DNA of 39,564 nucleotides from an uncultured Heliomicrobium sp. (lineage in GTDB: Bacteria > Acidobacteriota > Blastocatellia > RBC074). The DNA is taken from NCBI GenBank assembly GCA_964603695.1, contig CAZRXE010001330.1, positions 1 to 39,564 of the forward strand, in the 5' to 3' direction. The position numbers were made by a program, and so were the translations under genes. Below the pieces are notes generated by a model, which saw only the letters and a program-made list of their open reading frames with translations, ran no database searches and was not told the DNA's origin. Shown piece after piece: positions 15,879 to 24,505 of this stretch; positions within the stretch are counted from its first letter, which is position 1; the number at the start of each line of letters is the position of its first letter.

Positions 15879-18509
15879 CTATTCGTGCCGGAGCGCTACG
15901 AGCGGGTCTGTTTTGGCGGCACGGCGCGCGGGGAGCCAGCAGGCGAAGCACGCTGTCGCGGCCAATACGAAAGTGACGAGCAGAAATGTCAGCGGGTCAG
16001 TCGCGCCAATCCCAAAAAGGACTTTTGATAGGGCACGTGACAGGAGAAGCGCGCCGATTAACCCAATCGCTACGCCCATCTTAATCAGGCACAGGCCCTG
16101 CTTTACGATCAGGGCGTATACGTCGCGCGTCTGTGCGCCCAACGCCAGCCGGATGCCGATTTCATGAGTACGTTGCGAAACGGCGAAGGACAGCAGCGCG
16201 TACAATCCAACCGCCGCCATCAACAATGCGCCCAAGCCAAAGATGCTCAACAGCCCGGTGATGATGCGCCGGGCGGCGAGACGTTCGCGGATGATTTCAT
16301 GCACCGGTTTGACTTCAGCTAATGGCAGGCTTGGGTCAAGCTCAGCCAATTCTTTGCGAATGGCACTGACGAGTGCAGGGAAGTTTTCCTGACCTGATGA
16401 AGTGAGACGCCCACGCACCAGCAGCAGGACGTTAGATCGCGGGTGTTGTGTGATGGGCAGGTAAATGCCCGGTGGTTCCGGTTCGTTGCCGCGGCTGTCG
16501 AGTACGTTTCCGACAATGCCGACGATTTCGGCGGGCGGCTGATCGTCAACGCGCAATCTTTGACCGATGACCGTGCCGCCGGGAAAGAAACGCCGCGCAA
16601 AGGCTTCGTTCACCAAAACTACGGGAACTTTGCCGTTGTCACGCTCGGAGAAAATTCGCCCGGCGCGTAGCGGGATACCCGCTGCGGCAAAATACCCTGG
16701 CGTAACGAAATCTCCTGGGATCATCGGCTGTGAACGAATTGGCACAGGCGCTTGTCCGACAACCTGAATCGGCGCGCGCGGAGAAACTGACCATCCACCG
16801 GGCGCTTTGCCGCTGAAACCTGCGCCCGAAATGCCGGGCAATGCTGCCAGCCGTCGTTCGAGTTCCTGATAAAAGTTGATGCGCTGTTCCGCCGCCGAAT
16901 ACCGCTCGTTCGGCAGAACGATGGAGGCAGTAATCGCATTATCAGGTTCGAACCCCAGATTGGTGTTGAGCAGTTTGACAAAGCTCTGCATCACCAGTCC
17001 AGCACCAGTGAGCAGCACCAGTGACAACGCGATTTCGGCAATGACCAAACGATCGCGCAATCGGTCGCTCACCAGGCTGCCCATTCCTTTGCCGCTTTCT
17101 TTCAGCGTTTCTGCCAGGGTTTCGATAAAGCTGGCGCGCGTGGCTTGCAGCGCAGGCAACAGTCCGAACAGGACGCCCGTCAACAACGACAACAGCAACG
17201 TGAAACCCAGCGCCCAGTTGTTGATTCCGATGTTTTCCCAACCTGGAATGGAACGGGCGGCATCCTCCGGCATGCTTTGCCTGAGCGCCGTCACGCCGAA
17301 CCGCGCCAACCACAATCCGAACGCGCCGCCCAGCAATGCCAGCATCACACTTTCCGTCAGCAACTGCCTGATGATGCGTGTCTGGCTTGCACCCAACGCC
17401 TGCCGCATTGCCAGTTCCTTTTGCCGCGCCGCTCCCCGCACCAACAGCAAACCCGCGACATTCGCACAAGCGATCAACAACACAAACAAAACTGCGATCA
17501 GCAAAAACGGCAGGTACGTTTGCACCGCGCGCGTGTAATTCGAACTCAGGTCGCCGACGATAATGCCTACGTTTTCATACGCGGCGGGATAAAAAGCTTT
17601 CGCGCGCCGCTGGAGAACCTGGAGTTCCGCCGAACCTTCTACATCCGTAACTCCCGGCTTCAACAGGGCGATCACGTTGTACATATGCATTTCCCGATCC
17701 TGCCGCCGTTCAACCGGGAAAACATACGGCGTCCACAGCGCGACCGTATTGTCGGGAAAGTTGAAACTCATCGGCATCACCCCGATCACCGTATAAGCTT
17801 TGTTACTGAGTGTGATCGTCTGGCCGATCACGTTTGGATCTGCGGCGAAGCGACGCTGCCAGAAACTGTGTTTGAGTATGACAACTTGTTCATGTCCCGC
17901 CATATCTTCGCCCGGTTGGAAGCTGCGTCCCAACAGCGGCTGCACGCCCAACGCGGCAAAATAGTTGGCTGAAACGTTAAACGCATTCACCTGTTCCGGC
18001 TGCTCGCCCCCCTGCAATTCGTAGTTCACGCTGTTGGCCGTGGCGAATTGCTCGAACAAGCGGCTTTGCTCACGCCAATCCTGCAACGTGCCGGGCGTCA
18101 CGCCGGTGCGTCCGACTCCTAAAACGCTTTCGTTGATCATCACCAACCGGTCTTGATGCGGCAACGCAAAGGGATGGAACATCACAGCTTCCAACGCGCT
18201 GAAAATCGTCGTATTCGCCCCAATGCCAAACCCCAACATGAGAATGACCACCAGCGTCGAAGTCTTGTGCTTGAACATCAGGCGGATGCCATAGCGAATG
18301 TCCTGAAGTAAATATTCCAACCAACCCCAGCCCCACATTTCGCGCGTGACTTCTTTGACCAATCCGACATTGCCGAATTCGCGCAAGGCATTCGCGCGCG
18401 CTTCGTCCGGCGTCTCGCCACGTGCGATGCGGTCGCGGATGGCTTCGTCGAGGTGGTGGCGGATTTCGGCGTCGAGGTCTTCGTCTTTGCGGTGTCGCCA
18501 GAATTTCAT
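15879..18509 (-). CDS. ADOP-family (acidobacterial duplicated orphan permease) MacB/FtsX-like permease
   Basis: 876 aa. It has the characteristic N-terminus [61 protein letters not shown] and two FtsX-type membrane modules (...VLLIACANVAGLLLVRGAARQKELAMRQALGAS... and ...SQRTHEIGIRLALGAQ...). Confidence 0.9.
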   Translation of the reverse strand: MKFWRHRKDEDLDAEIRHHLDEAIRDRIARGETPDEARANALREFGNVGLVKEVTREMWGWGWLEYLLQDIRYGIRLMFKHKTSTLVVILMLGFGIGANTTIFSALEAVMFHPFALPHQDRLVMINESVLGVGRTGVTPGTLQDWREQSRLFEQFATANSVNYELQGGEQPEQVNAFNVSANYFAALGVQPLLGRSFQPGEDMAGHEQVVILKHSFWQRRFAADPNVIGQTITLSNKAYTVIGVMPMSFNFPDNTVALWTPYVFPVERRQDREMHMYNVIALLKPGVTDVEGSAELQVLQRRAKAFYPAAYENVGIIVGDLSSNYTRAVQTYLPFLLIAVLFVLLIACANVAGLLLVRGAARQKELAMRQALGASQTRIIRQLLTESVMLALLGGAFGLWLARFGVTALRQSMPEDAARSIPGWENIGINNWALGFTLLLSLLTGVLFGLLPALQATRASFIETLAETLKESGKGMGSLVSDRLRDRLVIAEIALSLVLLTGAGLVMQSFVKLLNTNLGFEPDNAITASIVLPNERYSAAEQRINFYQELERRLAALPGISGAGFSGKAPGGWSVSPRAPIQVVGQAPVPIRSQPMIPGDFVTPGYFAAAGIPLRAGRIFSERDNGKVPVVLVNEAFARRFFPGGTVIGQRLRVDDQPPAEIVGIVGNVLDSRGNEPEPPGIYLPITQHPRSNVLLLVRGRLTSSGQENFPALVSAIRKELAELDPSLPLAEVKPVHEIIRERLAARRIITGLLSIFGLGALLMAAVGLYALLSFAVSQRTHEIGIRLALGAQTRDVYALIVKQGLCLIKMGVAIGLIGALLLSRALSKVLFGIGATDPLTFLLVTFVLAATACFACWLPARRAAKTDPLVALRHE

Positions 18510-18521
18510 GGGGTACGCTCC

Positions 18522-18893
18522 TTATGATTCTTCGGCCCCTTCTGATGGATTCAGAATGCCTGCCATTGCTGCCGTCAGCCGCTCCCAGTTGGAGCGTTCG
18601 GCGGCGAGTTGTTTTTTGCCTGCGGCGGTCAGTTGGTAGCTTTTGACCTTCTGGTTGTTCTCCGACACCGTCCATTCCGACTTGATCCATTTCTTGCGTT
18701 CCAGCCGATGTAGCGCCGGATAGAGCGAACCGGTGTCCACTTGCAGCACTTCGCCGGAACCGGCGCGGATGGCTTGGCTGATGCCGTAGCCGTGGCGCGG
18801 CCCCCATTGCAGCGTTTGCAAAATCAGCAGATCAAGCGTGCCTTGCAGCAACTCGATACGGTTTTCATAACCGCCTTTTGCATTGGATTTCAT
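18522..18893 (-). CDS. PadR-family transcriptional regulator
   Basis: 123 aa with [59 protein letters not shown]. It ends 12 nt upstream of the ADOP permease, so an operon is likely. Confidence 0.9.
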   Translation of the reverse strand: MKSNAKGGYENRIELLQGTLDLLILQTLQWGPRHGYGISQAIRAGSGEVLQVDTGSLYPALHRLERKKWIKSEWTVSENNQKVKSYQLTAAGKKQLAAERSNWERLTAAMAGILNPSEGAEES

Positions 18894-18920
18894 TGCAGAG
18901 TTCCTTTCCCGGAAATGTTT

Positions 18921-18966
18921 AGGGTGTAGACAAGGTACACCCTAGGATGTACCTTGTCTACACCCT
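18921..18966. promoter_or_regulatory. Candidate PadR operator (perfect 19-bp inverted repeat)
   Basis: AGGGTGTAGACAAGGTACA (18921-18939), 8 nt, then TGTACCTTGTCTACACCCT (18948-18966). It begins 28 nt upstream of the padR start codon, in the divergent intergenic region. Confidence 0.5.
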
Positions 18967-19220
18967 GAGGCGACAAAAAAGCCCGGGCTGTCAAAATTGT
19001 GAAGGCCCGCGCGAAATGAGCGCGAGTGAAGATGCGATTGCGGAAGCAGAGCGTATCGGTAGTAGAAAGGCGCGCGAGAATTTTTCAAGTCGCTGGCAAA
19101 AGCCACGAAAAAAGCAACTTTCGAGCGCCCTTCAAGACCTTTTCGGCGGGTGCTAGTATGTTGGCCAACGCTTTGTTTCCCGGCAGGAAAGACAGTACTA
19201 CTGACACGACAAGGAGAATA

Positions 19221-20459
19221 ATGATGACGATGAAGTTCGTGAGAGTCGCGCTGCTTCTCACATTGGCGGCGTCGGCTGTTTGGGCCCAAACCAATGTGGG
19301 CGGGCAGGAAGCCGAAGCCACACTGCCCTTTCAGTTGACCACGACCGCCACGTTTGGGTTGCCTTGGCGGATTGCGTTCCTTCCAGATGGGCGCATGTTG
19401 GTGACCGAAAAGATTGGGCCTATTTGGCTGGTATCGGCACAGGGTGAAAAGATCGCGCCTTTAGGCAATACGCCTCCTGTTTATTGGCAGAACCAGAACG
19501 GTATGCTGGGGGTTTTCGTCTCGCCCCATTTCGCAACTGATGAAAGCATTTACATTACCTATATCGAACCGGGTGATTACGGCGGCGGCCAGGTGTTGGC
19601 ACGCGCCAAGCTGGATTTCAGGCGGAATCGGTTGCTGGATTTCACGGTGCTATGGCGTCAGATGCCCAAAGGCAAAGGCGGTCAGGCCGGCGGGCAGGTT
19701 GTTTTCGCGCCCGATGGACAGTCGCTGTATATGACAGTGGGAGACCGCCAGCGCATGACTCCGGCCCAAGACCCGGATCAGCCGGTTGGCAAAATTTTGC
19801 GGCTCACGTTGGATGGCAAGCCTTTTCCGGGTAATCCCAATTTCGGCAAAACCGGCGCTGCCACCATTTCGCTGATTGATCCGCCACAGGACACCGAAGT
19901 CGCCAAGACAGCGAAGGTGGTGAGTACCTACACCTTTCCCAATCCCAATCTGACGCCTGCGGAAACCTGGGCCAGCGGCTTCCGCGCGCCGTATGGGTTG
20001 GCGCTTTCACCCGCCGGTGAATTATGGGAGCTTGAACATGGCCCCGCTGGCGGCGACGAGTTGAACCTGATCGAGAAGGGCAAAAATTATGGCTGGCCGC
20101 TGGTTTCTTACGGGAAGAACTACAACGGAACGCCGATCCCCAGTCACGACACAAGGACGGATTTCGTGAAGCCGGTGCTCTATTGGGTGCCGGTGATCGC
20201 GCCGGGCAACCTGATGTTTTACAAGGGGACCAAAATGTTTCCGCAATGGGATGGCAATGGCTTTATCAGCGGATTGGCGACGATGTCGCTCACGCGCGTC
20301 ATCTTTGACGGTAAAGGCGGAGCCAAGACGGCAGAGCGTTGGAAGATAGGCAAACGGATTCGCGATGTGGAACAAGCGCCCGACGGTTCGCTGTGGTTGC
20401 TGGAAGACGCCAATCCCGGCGCTCTGATCCATGTGACTCCAAAACCGACTCCAAAGTAA
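19221..20459 (+). CDS. PQQ-dependent sugar (glucose/sorbosone) dehydrogenase family beta-propeller protein, secreted
   Basis: The start is placed at ATG 19221 (AAGGAG at 19211-19216), giving the signal peptide MMTMKFVRVALLLTLAASAVWAQ. Motifs are LPWRIAFLPDGRMLVTEKIGPIWLV and GGDELNLIEKGKNYGWP. Confidence 0.85.
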   Translation: MMTMKFVRVALLLTLAASAVWAQTNVGGQEAEATLPFQLTTTATFGLPWRIAFLPDGRMLVTEKIGPIWLVSAQGEKIAPLGNTPPVYWQNQNGMLGVFVSPHFATDESIYITYIEPGDYGGGQVLARAKLDFRRNRLLDFTVLWRQMPKGKGGQAGGQVVFAPDGQSLYMTVGDRQRMTPAQDPDQPVGKILRLTLDGKPFPGNPNFGKTGAATISLIDPPQDTEVAKTAKVVSTYTFPNPNLTPAETWASGFRAPYGLALSPAGELWELEHGPAGGDELNLIEKGKNYGWPLVSYGKNYNGTPIPSHDTRTDFVKPVLYWVPVIAPGNLMFYKGTKMFPQWDGNGFISGLATMSLTRVIFDGKGGAKTAERWKIGKRIRDVEQAPDGSLWLLEDANPGALIHVTPKPTPK

Positions 20460-20474
20460 TGACCCCGCGTTGAT

Positions 20475-20492
20475 GAGAGTTCGGCAACTCTC
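20475..20492 (+). terminator. Short hairpin after the dehydrogenase gene
   Basis: GAGAGTT-CGGC-AACTCTC followed by GGTTTGG, 16 nt after the stop codon. Confidence 0.35.
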
Positions 20493-20504
20493 GGTTTGGC
20501 CAAA

Positions 20505-20530
20505 TACAGCGGACTGAGGAGTCCGCTGTA
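20505..20530 (-). terminator. Hairpin downstream of the sigma54 activator gene
   Basis: There is an 11-bp perfect stem, TACAGCGGACT / AGTCCGCTGTA, with a 4-nt loop. On the minus strand it is followed by TTTGG. It lies between convergent genes. Confidence 0.45.
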
Positions 20531-20595
20531 CAAAATGAGTTGGTCTTTCACACGCGCTAAGCAAGCGTTTCCTGAACAGGGAAGTTGAAGACAAC

Positions 20596-22524
20596 CTATT
20601 TTCTCAACTTCAGTTCGCGTACCAGCCGATGCACGTGGTTGGGGTGAATGCCGAGGATTTTTCCGGCTTCCGTGTAATTGCCTTCGGCTTGTTCGATGGC
20701 GTCGAGAACGAATTGCTTTTTGGCTTCTTTGACGGCGTCGTAAAGCGTCAATCGCGTCGGCGATTCGACTTCCAGAATGGTTTCCGGCAAATCTTCAGGG
20801 CGGATTAAATCGCTTGATCCCAGCACCAGCGCGCGTTCGATGACGTTTTCCAGTTCCCGCACATTGCCCGGCCAGTCGTAATTTTTGAGCAGCGATTGCG
20901 CTTCGTCGGAGATGCCGCGCACGCGCCGTTTGCATTGTTCGCGGTGTTTTTTCAGGAAGTGATTGGCCAACAGCGGAATGTCCTGGCGGCGGTCTCTGAG
21001 AGAAGGCATTTTGATGGAAACGACATTGAGGCGATAGAAAAGATCCTGGCGAAAGTTGCCGGCGACTATCTCCGCTTCCAGGTCACGATTCGTGGCGGCA
21101 ATCACGCGAAGATTGGCTTTCAGTGTGCGGGTGCCGCCAACGCGCTCGTATTCCCTTTCCTGCAAAACGCGCAGCAGTTTGGTTTGCAGCAGCGGCGACA
21201 TTTCGCCCATTTCATCCAGAAAGATGGTTCCGCCGTCGGCCATTTCCAGCTTGCCTTTTTTTTGCGCGACGGCTCCGGTGAACGCGCCTTTTTCGTGGCC
21301 GAAAAGCTCGCTTTCCAGCAGCGTTTCGGTCAGCGCGGCGCAGTTGATGGCGACAAAGGCATTGTCCTTGCGCGTGCTGTTGCGGTGAATGGCGCGGGCG
21401 GCCAACTCCTTGCCCGTGCCGCTTTCGCCACGAATCAGCACGGTGAAATCGCTGGGCGCGACTTTGGCGATCATCTGATAGATGTCCTGCATTTTGGGGC
21501 TTTCGCCAATCAGGTCGTGACTTAGATTCAATTCGTCCTGCAATCGCCGATTCTCGTTTTCAAGCCATTCGACGTAGCGCGCGTTTTGCAAAGGCGTCGC
21601 TGCGACTCCGGCAATGGCCGTCACCAACTGTAGATGGTCGCGATCAAAATAGATTAGTGGGTTGCTGGTCGTCAGGTAAATGACGCCCAGCATTTTGTCC
21701 ACAACGATGATCGGAACGGCCAGCAGCGATTGAACCCTGGCAACCATCAAACTGGCCACGGCCTGAAACGCGCCGCTGTCCTGAACGGCATTGCTCAAAA
21801 CTGCGGTACCGCTTCGCAACACTTGCTGAACAACGGTCTGGCTGATGGGAACAGGCTCTTCCCTGCCTGCGCGTTGATCCCAGATGCAGACGGGAATGAA
21901 TTCTTCCTGGCCCTCTCCGGCCAGCAAAATCGCGCCGCGTTCGGCTGGAACCACTGCGCAGATCAAATCCAGCAAGCGTCGCCACAAGGAAGGCACATCG
22001 CAGATCGGCGCAATCTCCGTGCTGATCTTCAACAGCAGGTTCAAATCCGCCACCAATCGCGCCGATGGCGGCATTAAGGCCAGCGTTTCCGCAGGCTGCA
22101 AGTAAAGCGCGTCGGCGCTTCGCAAACTGAGCGTTGCGCGCGCGCCCAGATCGGAGTCATCCAGTTTGATCAGATCCGGCGTCGCCTCATCGCCAAGCAA
22201 AAACAGAAATTCGCATTCGCCGATTTCAATTCGGTCTCCATCCGCAAGCTTTCGCTCCCCGACCGGCAGGCCGTTGACGAAGGTTCCATTGGCGCTGCCC
22301 AAATCGCTGAGCGTGATTTGCTCGGCGTCTGTTGTCATACGGCAATGCCAACGCGACACGGTCGGAGAATCAAGACAAATATGGTTGGCAGGCTCGCGGC
22401 CAATCGTGAATTCCGTCAACTCGCCAAGCGCGAAGGTCTTGCCTTGCAGCGGGCCGGCAATGGCAATTAGCTTAGGCAGCTTGGGCAATTTGGGGAGTTT
22501 GGGAAGATTGAAGGGCATCATCAT
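20596..22524 (-). CDS. Sigma54-dependent transcriptional activator with N-terminal FHA and GAF domains
   Basis: [25 protein letters not shown]...[14 protein letters not shown]+: GESGTGKE and GAFTGA. The C-terminal Fis-type HTH is [21 protein letters not shown]. The start is ambiguous: GTG 22545, or ATG 22524/22521/22518 behind GAGGAA. Confidence 0.9.
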   Translation of the reverse strand: MMMPFNLPKLPKLPKLPKLIAIAGPLQGKTFALGELTEFTIGREPANHICLDSPTVSRWHCRMTTDAEQITLSDLGSANGTFVNGLPVGERKLADGDRIEIGECEFLFLLGDEATPDLIKLDDSDLGARATLSLRSADALYLQPAETLALMPPSARLVADLNLLLKISTEIAPICDVPSLWRRLLDLICAVVPAERGAILLAGEGQEEFIPVCIWDQRAGREEPVPISQTVVQQVLRSGTAVLSNAVQDSGAFQAVASLMVARVQSLLAVPIIVVDKMLGVIYLTTSNPLIYFDRDHLQLVTAIAGVAATPLQNARYVEWLENENRRLQDELNLSHDLIGESPKMQDIYQMIAKVAPSDFTVLIRGESGTGKELAARAIHRNSTRKDNAFVAINCAALTETLLESELFGHEKGAFTGAVAQKKGKLEMADGGTIFLDEMGEMSPLLQTKLLRVLQEREYERVGGTRTLKANLRVIAATNRDLEAEIVAGNFRQDLFYRLNVVSIKMPSLRDRRQDIPLLANHFLKKHREQCKRRVRGISDEAQSLLKNYDWPGNVRELENVIERALVLGSSDLIRPEDLPETILEVESPTRLTLYDAVKEAKKQFVLDAIEQAEGNYTEAGKILGIHPNHVHRLVRELKLRK

Positions 22525-22684
22525 TTCCTCGTTTATCACAGCCACTCAGCCAAAGTATAGAGCCGGGCAGGGTCTATTCATTCTCAGCCACATAGGCCAC
22601 CGAGTGCCTGGAGAAAATCTAACATCTCGGTGCGCTCTACAGTCCCCGTGGCTAAATCCGGAAAAAGCCCAGTCACTACCAAAG

Positions 22685-22980
22685 CTCCGTTGCGGAAAGG
22701 TTTGAATTACGGGAATTGCACAGACTCAGCCTTGACAAAATGAGGCCACGGGCTTGCCCCGTGGAGTCTCACGCTTGTCGCTACAAGCAGACAAGCGCGG
22801 CTTCGAGAGGCCACGGGCTTGCCCCGTGGAGTCTCACGCTTGTCGCTAAGTAGCTGCCAACGTGAAGCTCCACGGGGCAAGCCCGTGGCCTCTCAAGCAG
22901 GTTGCGGTCGTTGTAGCTGCCAACGTGAAGCTCCACGGGGCAAGCCCGTCGCATCTGGCTAAACCTTTCCGCAACGGAGT
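22685..22980. repeat. Composite palindromic repeat array (two direct plus two inverted copies inside an outer inverted repeat)
   Basis: The unit core is CCACGGG-N5-CCCGTGG, at 22746-22764, 22811-22829, 22870-22888 and 22933-22951 (the last has 1 mismatch). Units 1 and 2 share about 40 bp as direct repeats, and units 3 and 4 are their inverted counterparts. The outer 19-bp inverted repeat is CTCCGTTGCGGAAAGGTTT (22685-22703) against 22962-22980. Confidence 0.7.
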
Positions 22981-23125
22981 ACCAAAGTTATTTATGCGAC
23001 TACCAAACTGGTTAGACTTTGAAGCTTGTTTCAATGCCGCCAATTATCCAATCCGAAACGTGGAAATCGGCAACAGCCTTATGAATCAAGCACTTCCGCT
23101 CAATCAACGAGTCTGGGTTTATTCG

Positions 23126-23140
23126 TGGCACAAGGGTTGA
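23126..23140 (+). promoter_or_regulatory. Weak candidate sigma54 (-24/-12) promoter
   Basis: TGGCAC-AAGGG-TTGA has correct GG-to-G spacing, but the -12 element reads TTGA rather than TTGC. It is about 140 nt upstream of the ATG at 23281 and downstream of the repeat array. Confidence 0.25.
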
Positions 23141-23280
23141 GATAGACAATGCCGTCAGTAAACAACGGGTAGCGAAACACTCAGTCGAGAGTCCTTAGCT
23201 ATCCACCCAAACAAAGACCGGCGGACGTTGGAGCCGGCGGACTTTGAAAGATGAACTGTCAGACAATCGAGAGGAAAATC

Positions 23281-23811
23281 ATGACTAAACAGCAAATGAC
23301 TAGCGTTTTTGGAAAGAAGAAAGTGGCAGTGTTCGCGTTGATGTTCGCAGCCTTTTCACTGTTGGTGCCGTTTTCGCTGATTGGCAACGCATCCGCCGCC
23401 GCGAATTCATCGCTGTCGGCACTGGCGGAGCAAGCCAACTTCCGCGTGTTGCTCAGCAGCGCGATTCACCTGGGCGACGACGGCGGCGTCGGTGACGATT
23501 ACGAAATCACCTTCAGCGCCCCGGAAGTAGACGCTACCAAAACCGCGATTCTGATGATTCGGACGCGGGACGTGGATTTCAGCAGAAACGTCATCACCAT
23601 TAACGGCGTGGCGGTCAGCAACGCGCTGGTTCCGCACAGTGACGACAACGACGGCGAGTACTTCACGGAAATCGGGATCGTTGCGGCCAACACGCTGAGA
23701 GCGACCAACAACAAGCTCTACATCGGCGCGCGCAATGAAAGCGGCACCATCGGCGGCAACCTGGACGACTTTGACGTGGACAACGTGGTGCTCGTCTACA
23801 AACAACCCTAA
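23281..23811 (+). CDS. Small secreted hypothetical protein
   Basis: The start is placed at MTKQQMTSVFGKKKVAVFALMFAAFSLLVPFSLIGNASA (signal peptide). The mature part is Asp-rich, and I recognise no family. Confidence 0.55.
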   Translation: MTKQQMTSVFGKKKVAVFALMFAAFSLLVPFSLIGNASAAANSSLSALAEQANFRVLLSSAIHLGDDGGVGDDYEITFSAPEVDATKTAILMIRTRDVDFSRNVITINGVAVSNALVPHSDDNDGEYFTEIGIVAANTLRATNNKLYIGARNESGTIGGNLDDFDVDNVVLVYKQP

Positions 23812-23847
23812 GCTTTCCGGCGAAGGATTTTTCCCAATCAAGGCGAC

Positions 23848-23878
23848 AAAGGGAACGCGGGCCAACCGCGTTCCCTTT
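23848..23878 (+). terminator. Intrinsic-terminator-like hairpin
   Basis: AAAGGGAACGCGG (23848-23860), loop GCCAA, then CCGCGTTCCCTTT (23866-23878), a perfect 13-bp stem 37 nt after the stop. Confidence 0.55.
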
Positions 23879-23924
23879 CGACGTTCGACTGATTTCAGTG
23901 TACGCAGCGAAATAAAGGAGAGAT

Positions 23925-24458
23925 ATGCAACGAGTGAAATTGATGGTGATGACGATTTGCCTGTTGAGCGCGATTGCGGTGACGGGCTGGGCGCAAACCG
24001 CCGGTTCCGCCGCGCAGGCGACCAATAATCCCGCAGGGCAAACGCCTGAACTCGCCGCTCAAGTGCGGCAATTGATGGTCGAAGTGCGAAACCTGAAAGT
24101 CGAATTGCTCAAACTCCGGCTTGAAGCGCAAGCGGCCAAACTGGCGCAAATGGAACGCGAGTTTGCGGAAGCCCAAAAAGGCGGACAGCGTATGAGTGCG
24201 CAGGAACAACAGTTCGCACAGGAAGTGGCCGAGTTCGACGAACGCCTGGGACAAACGGATTTGGACTCTTCCGAACGCGCGCAGTTGGAAGTCTCGAAAG
24301 CGAAGATGACGCAGACCGGGACACAGAAGTTTTTCGCGCAGCGGCAACAACTGCTGGAAAAACAAAATGAAGCCGGTCAACGCCTGGAACGCGAGCGGGA
24401 ACGTTGGCAGGAGCTGGTCAAGCAGGCTGTGAAATTAGGCGTCAAGGTTGACGAATAA
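23925..24458 (+). CDS. Secreted coiled-coil hypothetical protein
   Basis: GGAGAG lies 3 nt upstream of the ATG. The signal peptide is MQRVKLMVMTICLLSAIAVTGWAQ. The rest is rich in E/Q/K/L/A with a heptad-like pattern (LKVELLKLRLEAQAAKLAQMEREFAEAQK). Confidence 0.6.
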   Translation: MQRVKLMVMTICLLSAIAVTGWAQTAGSAAQATNNPAGQTPELAAQVRQLMVEVRNLKVELLKLRLEAQAAKLAQMEREFAEAQKGGQRMSAQEQQFAQEVAEFDERLGQTDLDSSERAQLEVSKAKMTQTGTQKFFAQRQQLLEKQNEAGQRLERERERWQELVKQAVKLGVKVDE

Positions 24459-24469
24459 ATGTGGCGCAA

Positions 24470-24502
24470 TGTGGAGTGCGGCGATGCACGCCGCACTCCA
24501 CA
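24470..24502. terminator. Hairpin between convergent genes (possibly a bidirectional terminator)
   Basis: TGTGGAGTGCGGCG (24470-24483), loop ATGCA, then CGCCGCACTCCACA (24489-24502), a perfect GC-rich 14-bp stem. Confidence 0.6.
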
Positions 24503-24505
24503 GGC

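Noticed and set aside
16876-17972. Plus-strand ORFs 16876..17538 and 17145..17972, and minus-strand ORF 18070..18807
   Set aside because: They overlap the intact ADOP permease or PadR genes in antisense or alternative frames. Their compositionally biased (R/P/Q/S) products lack motifs.
22742-22951. Possible CRISPR array
   Set aside because: There are only four units, and two of them are in inverted orientation. The intervening sequences are short (about 20-25 nt), the units are themselves palindromes, and no cas genes are present. A REP/MITE-like or regulatory repeat fits better.
22846-23140. ORFs 22846..23043 (-) and 22862..23140 (+), which encode repeated HGASPW / GLAPWSFTLAAT peptides
   Set aside because: The repeated peptides are just translations of the palindromic DNA repeat array read on both strands. 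The ORFs have no start context or coding-like composition.
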